Origin: an uncultured Bacilli bacterium
Lineage (GTDB): Bacteria > Bacillota_I > Bacilli_A > RF39 > UBA660
Assembly: GCA_947630305.1 (NCBI GenBank)
Contig: CANRHC010000001.1
Location: forward strand, 520 to 64,519
Direction: 5' to 3'
Length of the DNA: 64,000 nt
A program made the position numbers and the translations under genes. The notes under the pieces were generated by a model, which saw only the letters and a list, made by a program, of their open reading frames with translations, ran no database searches and was not told where the DNA came from. Every line of letters begins with the position of its first letter. Position 1 is the first letter of the stretch. Shown in pieces: positions 7,838 to 17,090 of this stretch.

Positions 7838-7935
7838 AACTAGGAGGTGTTCGTTTTCCTCAGCTAAAAACTAGGTGGTATCCATTTTCCTCAGCTGTAA
7901 ACCAGGTGGTATATTTTTAACTCAGCTGAAAACTA
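7838..7935 (+). promoter_or_regulatory. Cluster of four AAAACTAGGAGGT-like motifs with a CCTCAGCT spacer repeat
   Basis: AAAACTAGGAGGTGTT, AAAACTAGGTGGTATCC, AAACCAGGTGGTATAT and AAAACTAGGAGGTCTAAT lie in the 300-bp intergenic region upstream of the regulator gene. Confidence 0.5.
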
Positions 7936-7941
7936 GGAGGT

Positions 7942-8463
7942 CTAATCTAACATGCTCTGGTCAAAAATATAATCATCTGAAAAATCTATTTTTATGTTTA
8001 CGTCATCATACAATCCTAATTTTTTGCACCGGTCAATAATAAAATTAACTATTGTAGGGTCGTGCCTAGTATGAAAGTAGCCGGTATAATCTATATCCAT
8101 ATCAATATTGTAGGTTTGATGTGGGGCAAGATAATAGTCCTCTAAAGCCTTCATAATAATTTTACGTCTTAAAACAGATAACAGAACCAGTTGATTACTG
8201 TTAGGTGGTTTAAGTTTTTCAGGTTTAATCTGCGCTTTATAGCTGGCTCTTTTCCTTTCATTCAAGAGGTCTCGGTGTTGAGTATTCCACATTTTCTTTT
8301 GAGCTGCTACCGCTTCCTTTTTACATTCCTCGCTACAATACTTTTTCTTGTAACCGTTAAAGTAGGTGGGTATTTTAAACTCTTTATGACACCAAGCGCA
8401 CCTTTTATAACCCTCTCGAACATTACTGTTGGGGTCAAATACAAAATAGGATGTTTTTTTCAT
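7942..8463 (-). CDS. Zinc-ribbon protein (CxxC...CxxxC), 173 aa
   Basis: N-terminal CAWCHKEF...YCSEECKK cysteine pairs. Confidence 0.4.
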   Translation of the reverse strand: MKKTSYFVFDPNSNVREGYKRCAWCHKEFKIPTYFNGYKKKYCSEECKKEAVAAQKKMWNTQHRDLLNERKRASYKAQIKPEKLKPPNSNQLVLLSVLRRKIIMKALEDYYLAPHQTYNIDMDIDYTGYFHTRHDPTIVNFIIDRCKKLGLYDDVNIKIDFSDDYIFDQSMLD

Positions 8464-8484
8464 ACGTGCGACCTCAGGTGTAAA

Positions 8485-8673
8485 CTAGGGGGTCTGCCAT
8501 TTTTTCCTCGCTGAATATAATTCTCTAATCGTATCTCCATCAACTGCTTCAAAAGAATTTTTACGATTAAGAAAATCATCTCTATCCGGAAGGTAAATAT
8601 CAAAGTGGTCAAGAATATAATCAACCGCTGTATTTACTGCTTCAACTTCTTTTTCTGTTAATTGTATTACCAT
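8485..8673 (-). CDS. Hypothetical protein (62 aa)
   Basis: ORF with GAGG RBS. Conserved upstream sequence GACCCCCTAGTTTAC(A/T)CCTGAGG is shared with the neighbouring gene. Confidence 0.4.
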   Translation of the reverse strand: MVIQLTEKEVEAVNTAVDYILDHFDIYLPDRDDFLNRKNSFEAVDGDTIRELYSARKKWQTP

Positions 8674-8700
8674 GTGAACCTCAGGAGTAAACTAGGGGGT

Positions 8701-8892
8701 CTATATTTTGTAGATTTTCTTATAACCTTTTTTGGATAATTTCAGAAGTGGTAAATCGTCAATACTTATCATATTATCCATGTTATCTAAAAAGATTAAA
8801 TCAACAGTATAATTATTAGAATAAAAGTCTAAATAGTCTTTTAATCGTTTAAATTCTTTTTTGTCTATTTCTACTTCTAATTGTAATTTCAT
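8701..8892 (-). CDS. Hypothetical protein (63 aa)
   Basis: ORF abutting its neighbours. Confidence 0.35.
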   Translation of the reverse strand: MKLQLEVEIDKKEFKRLKDYLDFYSNNYTVDLIFLDNMDNMISIDDLPLLKLSKKGYKKIYKI

Positions 8893-9366
8893 TTACACCT
8901 CTAAACTACCATACCTGCCTAACAGGGGGTAATTAAAACTAAATATCTTATCTCGGATTTCTTTAGCTTTTTCAAAATCTCGTATTCTGTAAAATTCAAA
9001 GGGCATCTCCTCGAACCATTTATCGTACTTGGAGATAGTAAAAATATAGGAGGTGTATTTTAAAATATCTTCTTCCTCAAGATACCCCATGATACCTTTA
9101 ACGATTGTATTTTTAATTACTGCTGCCTCCCAGTATCCCTCTGTACCACCATAAGTGGCTTTACCTTTAGCAAAAGATAATTTTGTTCTCGGTATGTATG
9201 ATGTATAATGATTTTGATAGGTGAGATTTAGGTGGTAAAGTATTTCATTATGAATTTTATGAGGGGTGAGAAAACCGACTTTTCTCAATTCTTCTTCGGT
9301 TTCCTCTGTTAAACCCTCGTAAATATAATCATTACCATCTAAGTCTTTATTTCTTAATGTAATCAA
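8893..9366 (-). CDS. Hypothetical protein (157 aa)
   Basis: ORF in a co-directional gene array. Confidence 0.45.
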   Translation of the reverse strand: MITLRNKDLDGNDYIYEGLTEETEEELRKVGFLTPHKIHNEILYHLNLTYQNHYTSYIPRTKLSFAKGKATYGGTEGYWEAAVIKNTIVKGIMGYLEEEDILKYTSYIFTISKYDKWFEEMPFEFYRIRDFEKAKEIRDKIFSFNYPLLGRYGSLEV

Positions 9367-9778
9367 TTAATCTGTCAATATAAGTCTTAGCTTTTTCTAA
9401 ATCCCCTGAGCTGTTACCTTTATACGGGTATCTCAGGAGGTATTTCATAATACAAAACAAATAACCTGCTTCCGTATTATCTATTCCGTCATTATGGTAT
9501 GCCTGAATAGTATCAATAATATCCCACGCCGCTAGACCATTATGGAAGTAGTAATTTCTTTGTTCATTTAGAAATCCATTGAAATCACCAAATTCGAAGT
9601 CTACACTAGGTGTTTTTTCTAATTTTTCTTTATAGGTGCCTAAATCATCTCCCTTATAACCTTTAAGAACAAGATAAACCTCACCGTCAGGTCTTTCTTT
9701 AATTTCCTCAATACTTAAATCATTTAATAAACTAAAATTAAACGCACCTGCATCTATATTTATCTTAATTTCACTCAC
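9347..9778 (-). CDS. DUF3310-like phage protein (143 aa)
   Basis: C-terminal YLLRYPYKGNSSGDLEKAKTYIDRLIDY resembles the conserved KG...DL.KA..Y...LI block of DUF3310. Confidence 0.4.
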   Translation of the reverse strand: MSEIKINIDAGAFNFSLLNDLSIEEIKERPDGEVYLVLKGYKGDDLGTYKEKLEKTPSVDFEFGDFNGFLNEQRNYYFHNGLAAWDIIDTIQAYHNDGIDNTEAGYLFCIMKYLLRYPYKGNSSGDLEKAKTYIDRLIDYIKK

Positions 9779-10178
9779 TAAACATTTCCTCTAGGTTTAT
9801 ATCTTTCATAATTTTATTCGTTATATTACTTAAATCGTATAACAGTTTAACCATTAAACCCTCGTCATCTATTAATTCATCTATTGTATCCGTTGATAAA
9901 GTGTAGAGTTTTCCAGTTACCTTATCTCTGATAGAAAATTCTTTTTCCTCAACAGGTTTATCATCTTCAACTTTCATTGAACCGTATTCCAAGAAGTCAA
10001 AGTATTTCCCCTCATGTAATAATAGTTCTGATACAATTTGTCCTATATCATGAAGATTTAAACTGTCTATCTGTTTACCGTCAACTACAAAATCAATAGG
10101 GTTACCATTCTGGTCGTTAAATTTAATTCTCATGTTATTCATTTTATTCCTTTCTTCTTTTTTAATTACAAAATTCAA
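9771..10178 (-). CDS. Hypothetical protein (135 aa)
   Basis: ORF in the co-directional array. Confidence 0.4.
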   Translation of the reverse strand: MNFVIKKEERNKMNNMRIKFNDQNGNPIDFVVDGKQIDSLNLHDIGQIVSELLLHEGKYFDFLEYGSMKVEDDKPVEEKEFSIRDKVTGKLYTLSTDTIDELIDDEGLMVKLLYDLSNITNKIMKDINLEEMFSE

Positions 10179-10344
10179 GTTTTATTGTTACTTCCTGTTC
10201 ATTCGTATAAGTGAAATCAGTTGTTTTAACACTCATTGAACAACATTCAAATCTTTCATAATACGCTTTGATACTTTTTATTATTTGATTAAGTTTTTCA
10301 TCTCCAAAATCAATATCAACGTCCATTTACTACCGCCTTTTCAT

Positions 10345-11223
10345 TTATCTTTCCCATACACTAATAAAAGTCCTTTTTGGATTTTCAGCTTTCTTAATGT
10401 ATCTTTTTTCTTTTTTTATTGCCTCGTAAATATCTTTTAGATACGGTACATTGTTTAACATATAATCAGAAAATGTCTGCCATTCAGAAAGCTTATGCCC
10501 TGCACGTTGATTGATTATATTCAGCAGGACTTCATAATTACCGCTCCATGTACGAGTTTGCATATAACTCTGTGGTAATAACTCGTTTATAGCGTGCCAG
10601 TATTTTCTGTCATTAGTTTTTAGGTAAAACACTCTAAGTGAATTTAGTAGATTAACAAAATATTCTTGAAAATATTCTTCGGGAGTCATACATTGTCCTT
10701 CATATTCCAAACCGCTGAACCACATATCATAATCTTCATATTCATTGCACTCAAGCCAGTTCGTCTCTTCACCGTCAATACTTAAGAAGTTATTCACACT
10801 AAAATCCTCTATCTTAAATGGTTCTTTTGTCATAGTATGCATTGTTGATTCCGCATTAGTAACCGTACCAATCTGATATTTATCCATTTGCTTCCACCAG
10901 AAAAGAGGTGCTTTAATATCCATAACTACTGGAAGTTGTCTGAGTACTTTTCTATGACTGGGGTCTCCTGCTTTACAGAGGTTGAGGAGTAGTTGTTTGT
11001 CTTTTTTACCGATTATTAAACCGCATAACTCTCCGCTCTTTTTATAGCATTTATTATCGCTATAATAAGAAGAGCAATTGTAACAATCTTCTCTAGTTAC
11101 TTCATAAGTGAGTTTATTTCCACTATCACTCTTATCCCAACTCTTAAACGCATTTCTCATACCGTGAATAACCACGTTAAACTGGTCCGGACTTGGTGTT
11201 ACTAAGTTAGACACCTCTAACAT
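10345..11223 (-). CDS. Cys-rich hypothetical protein (292 aa) flanking the nucleotide-metabolism cluster
   Basis: Long ORF carrying CYNCSS...CYKKSGELCG. No recognisable catalytic motif. Confidence 0.45.
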   Translation of the reverse strand: MLEVSNLVTPSPDQFNVVIHGMRNAFKSWDKSDSGNKLTYEVTREDCYNCSSYYSDNKCYKKSGELCGLIIGKKDKQLLLNLCKAGDPSHRKVLRQLPVVMDIKAPLFWWKQMDKYQIGTVTNAESTMHTMTKEPFKIEDFSVNNFLSIDGEETNWLECNEYEDYDMWFSGLEYEGQCMTPEEYFQEYFVNLLNSLRVFYLKTNDRKYWHAINELLPQSYMQTRTWSGNYEVLLNIINQRAGHKLSEWQTFSDYMLNNVPYLKDIYEAIKKEKRYIKKAENPKRTFISVWER

Positions 11224-11408
11224 TTCTTCTCACCTCCTTTTTCGATTCTGTTTATTAAATCGTAAATATTCATTTTGATAAAAATTATGTCATCTTCTGA
11301 ATATTGTTTTTTAGATGAATTAACTATCCATTTTGCGGATAAATCAATCATTAAATCGTCTATTGATTCCTGCGCTTTTATTTTCAGTATTTCTTCTATC
11401 ATCCTCAT
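11217..11408 (-). CDS. Hypothetical protein (63 aa)
   Basis: ORF overlapping the upstream stop. Confidence 0.3.
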   Translation of the reverse strand: MRMIEEILKIKAQESIDDLMIDLSAKWIVNSSKKQYSEDDIIFIKMNIYDLINRIEKGGEKKC

Positions 11409-11519
11409 CTTCCATCATAAATTCTATAACGTCTATCAGAAATTCTATTATGTATCCTGCACCGTAGAAAAACATCATAATGCCTGCCATGATAAGTATT
11501 ACTGTTGATAAAGTACTCA

Positions 11520-11846
11520 TTAATAAATCATCTCCAATGTATATGAATTATGTTTGTTTCTGTTAGTCTGAACGCATCTACACCGGTGACCTATTAGGAG
11601 GTCTCTGTTTTCATAATCAATATTGAATTTCTGCCAAAACTTATTTCTCAAGTAGTTGTCATCTTTTTCCAAGCGGTCTTCGTACTGGTCTTGAGTTATA
11701 TTTTCATTTTTTGCTCGATACCGACCCCAAAAGTTGCAATGGTACATCTTACCGTCAATATCAACATTAAATACAATTAAGCTTAAACTGGGTCGGTTGA
11801 TGTCTATTATTGTTCCAACTTTTCTACTCTTTACTACTGGGCGCAT
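11520..11846 (-). CDS. Hypothetical protein (108 aa), His/Cys-containing
   Basis: ORF carrying GHRCRC. Lies immediately downstream of the C5-methyltransferase gene. Confidence 0.35.
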   Translation of the reverse strand: MRPVVKSRKVGTIIDINRPSLSLIVFNVDIDGKMYHCNFWGRYRAKNENITQDQYEDRLEKDDNYLRNKFWQKFNIDYENRDLLIGHRCRCVQTNRNKHNSYTLEMIY

Positions 11847-11861
11847 TTTTTAATCCTTCCC

Positions 11862-12905
11862 TTAACAGGTTTCCATAATCAAATTACCGAGGTATTCTGC
11901 AATATTCACTGTTACTGCATTACCAGCCTGTTTATATAACTGCGTATTAGAATTAACTTTTTCAGCTTTCTCAAACTGTTCATCAGTAAATCCTTGTAGT
12001 CTAAAACATTCACGTGGAGTTAAACGTCTTATGTTGTATCTTTCACCTTCATAAACAAATACTCCAAACTGACTATTTTGTTCAGGGACTGTATAAAGTC
12101 CAGTTTTAGCACCTAATCCACCACTTAAACTTTTAAGCGCACAAGATAATTCATTGCTGTCATATACTCTATTTGCTTGAGCACCTGGAATTATCTGTTT
12201 AAGTCTTTTAGATTCGGGAATGGCTACATTTTGTGAACCTTTATAATCTCTAGACATTAAAGCTCTTGATATACTATCTTCTGTCAGTACAATATCCTGA
12301 CTATACTTGCCCTGAATTAATGTTTGTATTTCAGAGCCTTTTGAACAATTTTGTCTATCTGTTCCTGTGAGAGGTAAAACTTTTCGTCTACCTCTTTCTC
12401 TAAGATGTCCGATAATGAATACACGTTCTCTGTTTTGTGGTACACCAAAGTCTTTGGAATTAAGCAATACCCATTCTGTGTCGTACCCTGTTTCTGATAT
12501 TTCAGAGAGAACCTCGGTAAATGCTTCCCCTCCCTCAATTGACAACAGGTTCTTAACATTTTCAACGAGTAACCATTCGGGTCTATCTTTGGAGTCTTTG
12601 TTTTTGAGTAAGCTAATGATGTTGTAAAAGATTCCACTTCTTTCTCCAGTAAGTCCTTTGTGTTTTCCTGCAATTGAGATGTCTTGACATGGGAATCCAA
12701 AACACCATAGATCTGCTTTTGGTATTTCATTTGATTCAACTGTTCGGATGTCTGTTGCAGTCCATTCCCCTGTTGTGTCATACATTTCTTCATAGCTTTT
12801 TCTGACATATTCATCTATCTCCACATATCCAATACAGTTAAATCCAGCTTTTTCAAGCCCCGATCTAAATCCACCGATACCTGAACATATGTCAATAAAA
12901 TTCAA
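11862..12905 (-). CDS. DNA (cytosine-5)-methyltransferase
   Basis: Motif I DICSGIGGFRSG (FxGxGG). Motif IV GFPCQDIS (PCQ catalytic cysteine). Motif VI ENVKNL. Confidence 0.85.
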   Translation of the reverse strand: MNFIDICSGIGGFRSGLEKAGFNCIGYVEIDEYVRKSYEEMYDTTGEWTATDIRTVESNEIPKADLWCFGFPCQDISIAGKHKGLTGERSGIFYNIISLLKNKDSKDRPEWLLVENVKNLLSIEGGEAFTEVLSEISETGYDTEWVLLNSKDFGVPQNRERVFIIGHLRERGRRKVLPLTGTDRQNCSKGSEIQTLIQGKYSQDIVLTEDSISRALMSRDYKGSQNVAIPESKRLKQIIPGAQANRVYDSNELSCALKSLSGGLGAKTGLYTVPEQNSQFGVFVYEGERYNIRRLTPRECFRLQGFTDEQFEKAEKVNSNTQLYKQAGNAVTVNIAEYLGNLIMETC

Positions 12906-12914
12906 ATAATCTCC

Positions 12915-15900
12915 TTAACTACAACCTGAAGTATTTCCGCAGTCCAAACATAGCTCACAGGTTCCGTTCTGTACCATTCTTGTACCATGACAAACAGGAC
13001 ATTCTGAGCCGGTATAGATAACATCATGTGTACTATCAATAGGGTCTTGTATCTTAAATTCATCATCCATATCGGCTAAATCCTGATACAATTCCTTACG
13101 GTTTTCATTGAGTTTATCTACAACCTCTTTTACTTCATCTCTCATTTCATCTTTATTTTCAAAATCTAAATCAATACATTCTTCATTGATATAACAAGTA
13201 CCGTCATCATCAACGACCATTAGGGTCATTTCATTTTCATCTTTTAAATGTACGTGTTTGTAGAGTTCATGTTCAGTAGGTTTAATCTGACACCTGCTAA
13301 AATCCCATGTTTCATACTCAATAACTCTTGCTATAAAGTCTGAAATTGACGTACACATTTTGATATACGGATGACGTTCAACTACTCCCTGTGGCTCGTA
13401 TTGTTGATTACGTAACATTGTTGCAATATCTTTAGGGGGTATTCCGTACTGGAGCATATGAGAGATTGCTTTAGATAGACTGGACAGAAGACCTTTAATA
13501 GTCGTTCCCTCTTTATCGCTTGATACAAATATCTCGCATAACGATTCATCATCATAGTATGAAACCGTAACGTAAAGTTCTATATTACCTATCTTGGCAG
13601 TATGCGTTACACCTAGTCTTATACCGTCAGGCTTTTTACGTTCAAGCTTTTTACTAACAATTTCCTCGGGTACTGCTACATGAACCATCCTGTCAGTTAG
13701 TTCCGGTTCAATCTGCATATTAGATTTAAAACCGACCGTATCATCTAACCTACTGGCTTCTATTATCTGTCCATTTTGAATAGGTGTTGTATCATCTATA
13801 ACAGTAGCGGTTACATAATTTAAGTCATCACAATCTTTAAATTCTGCGTAGACTTCATTTTTTACCTTAATCGGTTTATCAGAAGATAAGTAAATATGTT
13901 CCTGACTTGAATGTATCTCGATATTCTGATTATCTGCCACATCTAATTCAATAGTCTGTGTTTCAAACTCAGGCTTTTCTAAACATTCCTGATAGTCATC
14001 GTATTTATCAATATGAACGCAGGATTCTTTTTCTTCATCATCTTTCTCAACATTAAGCGGTTGAGCATTTTTACTGCCATCTCTGTAAATGGATATTGAT
14101 TTACAACCACATTGATAAGCGTATTCATAAACATTCTTAATATCCTCAACTGTCGCATCATTAGGGAGATTAACTGTTTTAGAGATTGACCCTGTTATAA
14201 ATTTCTGTAATGCCCCCATCATTTCAACATGACCGGTAGGAGATATATCATTAGCTGTTTGAAGAATATCCTGTTGAAAATCTGCTAAATACGGTGCGCC
14301 CTTAAAGGTTAAATGCTCGTCAAAATAATTCAGTATTTCATCATAATCTTTTTGACAAATACCTGAAGAATTTTTAATAAATTCTAGATATTCTTTAGCT
14401 AATGGATTTACCATTTCCATAACCGACCCGTCAGAGCATTTTTTGTAAAATTTATGACTAAAGAAAGGCTCTATTCCTGTTGCCCCACAGTCCATAGCGA
14501 GTGAGATTGTTCCAGTAGGTGCTAGACAGGTTACCTGCATATTTCTGACACCGTAAAATCCGACCTGTTCAAGAGCCTTATCAAATAAATATTCCTCTTT
14601 TGAATTAGGGGGTGTTATCTCGCACCAGTTTTCTAAAACATTCATCATTTCGTCTTTATTTTCCTCATAACCCTCACAAGTACCTATTTCTTTTGCCATT
14701 TTAGATGACTGTATAAAACTTTCTGCTGTCAATACTCCTGCGAGTGTTTCTGCCATTTTTTTAGACCATTCGCTGTCGTAAGGTTTTCTGAATTTAAGCA
14801 GTAGGGATGCGAGGTTACAAAATCCTAAACCTGTTGCTCTGTATTTATAGGTATTTTCTGCTACCTCAGGGGTTGGGAATTGTCCCCAGTGAATTGATGC
14901 CTCTAGTACAAGTTGAATTAAATCTATTAAGTTTTTATAACTTTTAAAATCGAATCCGCCACCGTACTCGGTTTCAATGAAAAATTTTTCAAGATTAATG
15001 GAAGCTAGATTACATGCCGAGTTATCAATAAAAGCATATTCTGAACACGGGTTTGTAGCGTTGATTCTCCCTGCCTTTGGAGCGGTATGCCATTCATTGT
15101 AGACATCGTCAAATTGTATGGCAGGGTCTCCACATTCCCACGCTGCCTGAGCTATTTTGTCCCATATATCAAAAACATTAACTGTTCTGTTTTTAGACTT
15201 ATCCTTTCTCCCTGTGAGTTCAAACATAGGGTCGGGGTCAAGTTCTAAAATCTTATTCATAAACGCATCAGATACTCTTACAGAATTATTTGAGTTCTGC
15301 CCTGAGACTGTTTGATATGCCTCTCCATTAAGTGAGCCATCATAACCTAAACTGACTAAATCTCGAGCTTTCTTCTCCTCATGCGCTTTCCAGTCAATAA
15401 ACTCTTCAATATCAGGATGGTCAACATCAAGAATAACCATTTTAGCTGCCCGTCTTGTTGTACCACCGCTTTTAATAGCTCCTGCGTTACGGTCAAGTCC
15501 TAACAGAAAACTCATAACACCGCTTGAAACGCCACCGCTTGATAATTGTTCTCCCTCGGCACGTAAAGGGGAAAAGTTAGTACCAACTCCACTACCACCT
15601 TTGAATAATTTTGTTTCTGTTACAAAATGGTCGGTAATGGAATTTTTACCTAGTAAGTGGTCTGTAACTGGTATAATAAAACACGCACTAGTTTGCGACC
15701 TAGTGTATCTGTCCGGTGATTTATGTATTCCTGTTTGGTCGTAGTAGTACATATCATCGGATTCTCCTTTTATACCGTATGCCAGTTCAATTCCTGTATT
15801 AAAGTACTGGGGTGAATTAGGTGACCACATCTGTTTTATCAGAGTATAGACTATCTCATCATAAAATGTTTCCGCATCTGAACCGACTGAGTACCAGTTA

Positions 15901-16262
15901 CCATATGCACTTCTTTTACATGATGCGATATTCTCACCCTCAATTAATCCCTCATCAATTAATGCATCCGTCCAAAATGTTGCCATTCTGTGTACAACCT
16001 GTTTATATGAGGTCTCCGGCGTACCCTTACCGTCTATATTTCTGAAAAAGTATTTGGATGCGATAATCTCACAGGCTTGTTGACTAAAATGTTCAGGGAA
16101 TTCTAAGTCTTTACCCTCGAAAATAATCTCCCCTGTTGAGAAGTCTTTAATCTGAACGTCTACTTTTTTCCATTTAAAGTAGTCGTAAACCTCTTTACCA
16201 ATTCTGCGGTCAAACGCATCTGTTATTAAGTTATTAGAAAATTTTCTCTCGATTTTAAGCAT
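12915..16262 (-). CDS. nrdJ: Ribonucleotide reductase, class II (adenosylcobalamin-dependent, NrdJ-like), 1115 aa
   Basis: SACFIIPV, GGSGVGTNFSPLR and NPCSEY active-site blocks. TGTISLAMDCGATGIEP and SKTVNLP blocks. C-terminal zinc ribbon CPVCHG...CELCLDCG typical of NrdJ. No nrdB-like partner gene is present. Confidence 0.8.
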   Translation of the reverse strand: MLKIERKFSNNLITDAFDRRIGKEVYDYFKWKKVDVQIKDFSTGEIIFEGKDLEFPEHFSQQACEIIASKYFFRNIDGKGTPETSYKQVVHRMATFWTDALIDEGLIEGENIASCKRSAYGNWYSVGSDAETFYDEIVYTLIKQMWSPNSPQYFNTGIELAYGIKGESDDMYYYDQTGIHKSPDRYTRSQTSACFIIPVTDHLLGKNSITDHFVTETKLFKGGSGVGTNFSPLRAEGEQLSSGGVSSGVMSFLLGLDRNAGAIKSGGTTRRAAKMVILDVDHPDIEEFIDWKAHEEKKARDLVSLGYDGSLNGEAYQTVSGQNSNNSVRVSDAFMNKILELDPDPMFELTGRKDKSKNRTVNVFDIWDKIAQAAWECGDPAIQFDDVYNEWHTAPKAGRINATNPCSEYAFIDNSACNLASINLEKFFIETEYGGGFDFKSYKNLIDLIQLVLEASIHWGQFPTPEVAENTYKYRATGLGFCNLASLLLKFRKPYDSEWSKKMAETLAGVLTAESFIQSSKMAKEIGTCEGYEENKDEMMNVLENWCEITPPNSKEEYLFDKALEQVGFYGVRNMQVTCLAPTGTISLAMDCGATGIEPFFSHKFYKKCSDGSVMEMVNPLAKEYLEFIKNSSGICQKDYDEILNYFDEHLTFKGAPYLADFQQDILQTANDISPTGHVEMMGALQKFITGSISKTVNLPNDATVEDIKNVYEYAYQCGCKSISIYRDGSKNAQPLNVEKDDEEKESCVHIDKYDDYQECLEKPEFETQTIELDVADNQNIEIHSSQEHIYLSSDKPIKVKNEVYAEFKDCDDLNYVTATVIDDTTPIQNGQIIEASRLDDTVGFKSNMQIEPELTDRMVHVAVPEEIVSKKLERKKPDGIRLGVTHTAKIGNIELYVTVSYYDDESLCEIFVSSDKEGTTIKGLLSSLSKAISHMLQYGIPPKDIATMLRNQQYEPQGVVERHPYIKMCTSISDFIARVIEYETWDFSRCQIKPTEHELYKHVHLKDENEMTLMVVDDDGTCYINEECIDLDFENKDEMRDEVKEVVDKLNENRKELYQDLADMDDEFKIQDPIDSTHDVIYTGSECPVCHGTRMVQNGTCELCLDCGNTSGCS

Positions 16263-16479
16263 TTGTTATTCCTATCGTCTTAAGCTTTTTCGGCTCTTTT
16301 TCTTTTTGTTCTTCCTCTGCTTTTGCCAGTAAATATTCGATAATAATTTTTTGGTCTTTAACTAATTGGGTCAGAAGAGTGTTTGTATCGAATAAATACT
16401 GTTTGATACTATATTCATCGGGATTTATCGGTTGCATTGGATAATATCTTCCCTCAATCCCTGTGTTATTTTCACTCAT
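16255..16479 (-). CDS. Hypothetical protein (74 aa)
   Basis: ORF overlapping the nrdJ start. Confidence 0.35.
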   Translation of the reverse strand: MSENNTGIEGRYYPMQPINPDEYSIKQYLFDTNTLLTQLVKDQKIIIEYLLAKAEEEQKEKEPKKLKTIGITNA

Positions 16480-16907
16480 AATATTGCACTTTCTACAATA
16501 CCCTCGCTGTTCTGATAATGACCATCATATGAGCCTGTGTTACCACTAACCTCCATAATGATAAGTTGAGCGAAAGTATCTATTTTACTTAAATCTATAA
16601 TTTCACTACCTAGATTAAATAATCTAGCAGTAATATTTCCCTGATAGCCTGGGTCTATCCAACCGACCCCCATAAGTATGCCCATTCTGAAAAAACTACT
16701 TCTCTGTATAACTATTCCTGCTCTGTTTCTCGGTATATCAACCTTTTCTTTTGAACACACTAGAATAGATTCTTGAGGTCTTAAAATACGACTTTTACCT
16801 TCTTCTAATTCTCCAATCGTTAAATCGTAACTTGCAGGCTGTAGATTCTCTTGAATGAACGGGTCTATAATCCCACTAAACTTTATACAACTATTTCCTT
16901 TTATCAA
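16476..16907 (-). CDS. dCTP deaminase / dUTPase-family protein (143 aa)
   Basis: ASYDLTIG and GWIDPGYQG blocks are characteristic of the Dcd/Dut beta-barrel family. Confidence 0.7.
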   Translation of the reverse strand: MIKGNSCIKFSGIIDPFIQENLQPASYDLTIGELEEGKSRILRPQESILVCSKEKVDIPRNRAGIVIQRSSFFRMGILMGVGWIDPGYQGNITARLFNLGSEIIDLSKIDTFAQLIIMEVSGNTGSYDGHYQNSEGIVESAIL

Positions 16908-17090
16908 TGAACAACTCCTTACTTTTCTTTTTGAATGAATTTTATTAACTTAATCGTTTCCTCTGCTAAACCAACAAATTCCTCATTGGTCGTTTTTGAG
17001 CTTTTTAATCTTTCAATTAATCTAAAACTTAATTCATCAATTAAGTAACCTTGTTGTTCAAAAAAGTCCATGCTTTCAAATTCTTCTCTA

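Noticed and set aside
8191-8514. 107-aa plus-strand ORF antisense to the zinc-ribbon gene
   Set aside because: Antisense. Phe/Leu-rich. No translation signals.
11275-11508. 77-aa plus-strand ORF antisense to the 11217-11408 gene
   Set aside because: Antisense within a minus-strand operon. No RBS.
12317-12814. 165-aa ORF on the minus strand inside the C5-methyltransferase gene
   Set aside because: Lies in an alternative frame entirely within a well-supported methyltransferase gene. No RBS. Low-complexity Q/K-rich translation. Treated as a frame artefact.
13979-16045. Short ORFs (13979-14161 minus, 15821-16045 plus) inside nrdJ
   Set aside because: Embedded in or antisense to a long motif-supported gene. 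No ribosome-binding sites.
12915-16262. Possible intein in the unusually long (1115 aa) NrdJ
   Set aside because: The extra length comes from an insertion between the ...QPLNVEK block and the RLGVTHTAKIG...LYVTVS C-terminal domain. That segment has no C...HN splice-junction pattern and no endonuclease motifs, and flanking motifs are not interrupted. More likely a lineage-specific insertion. An alignment would settle it.
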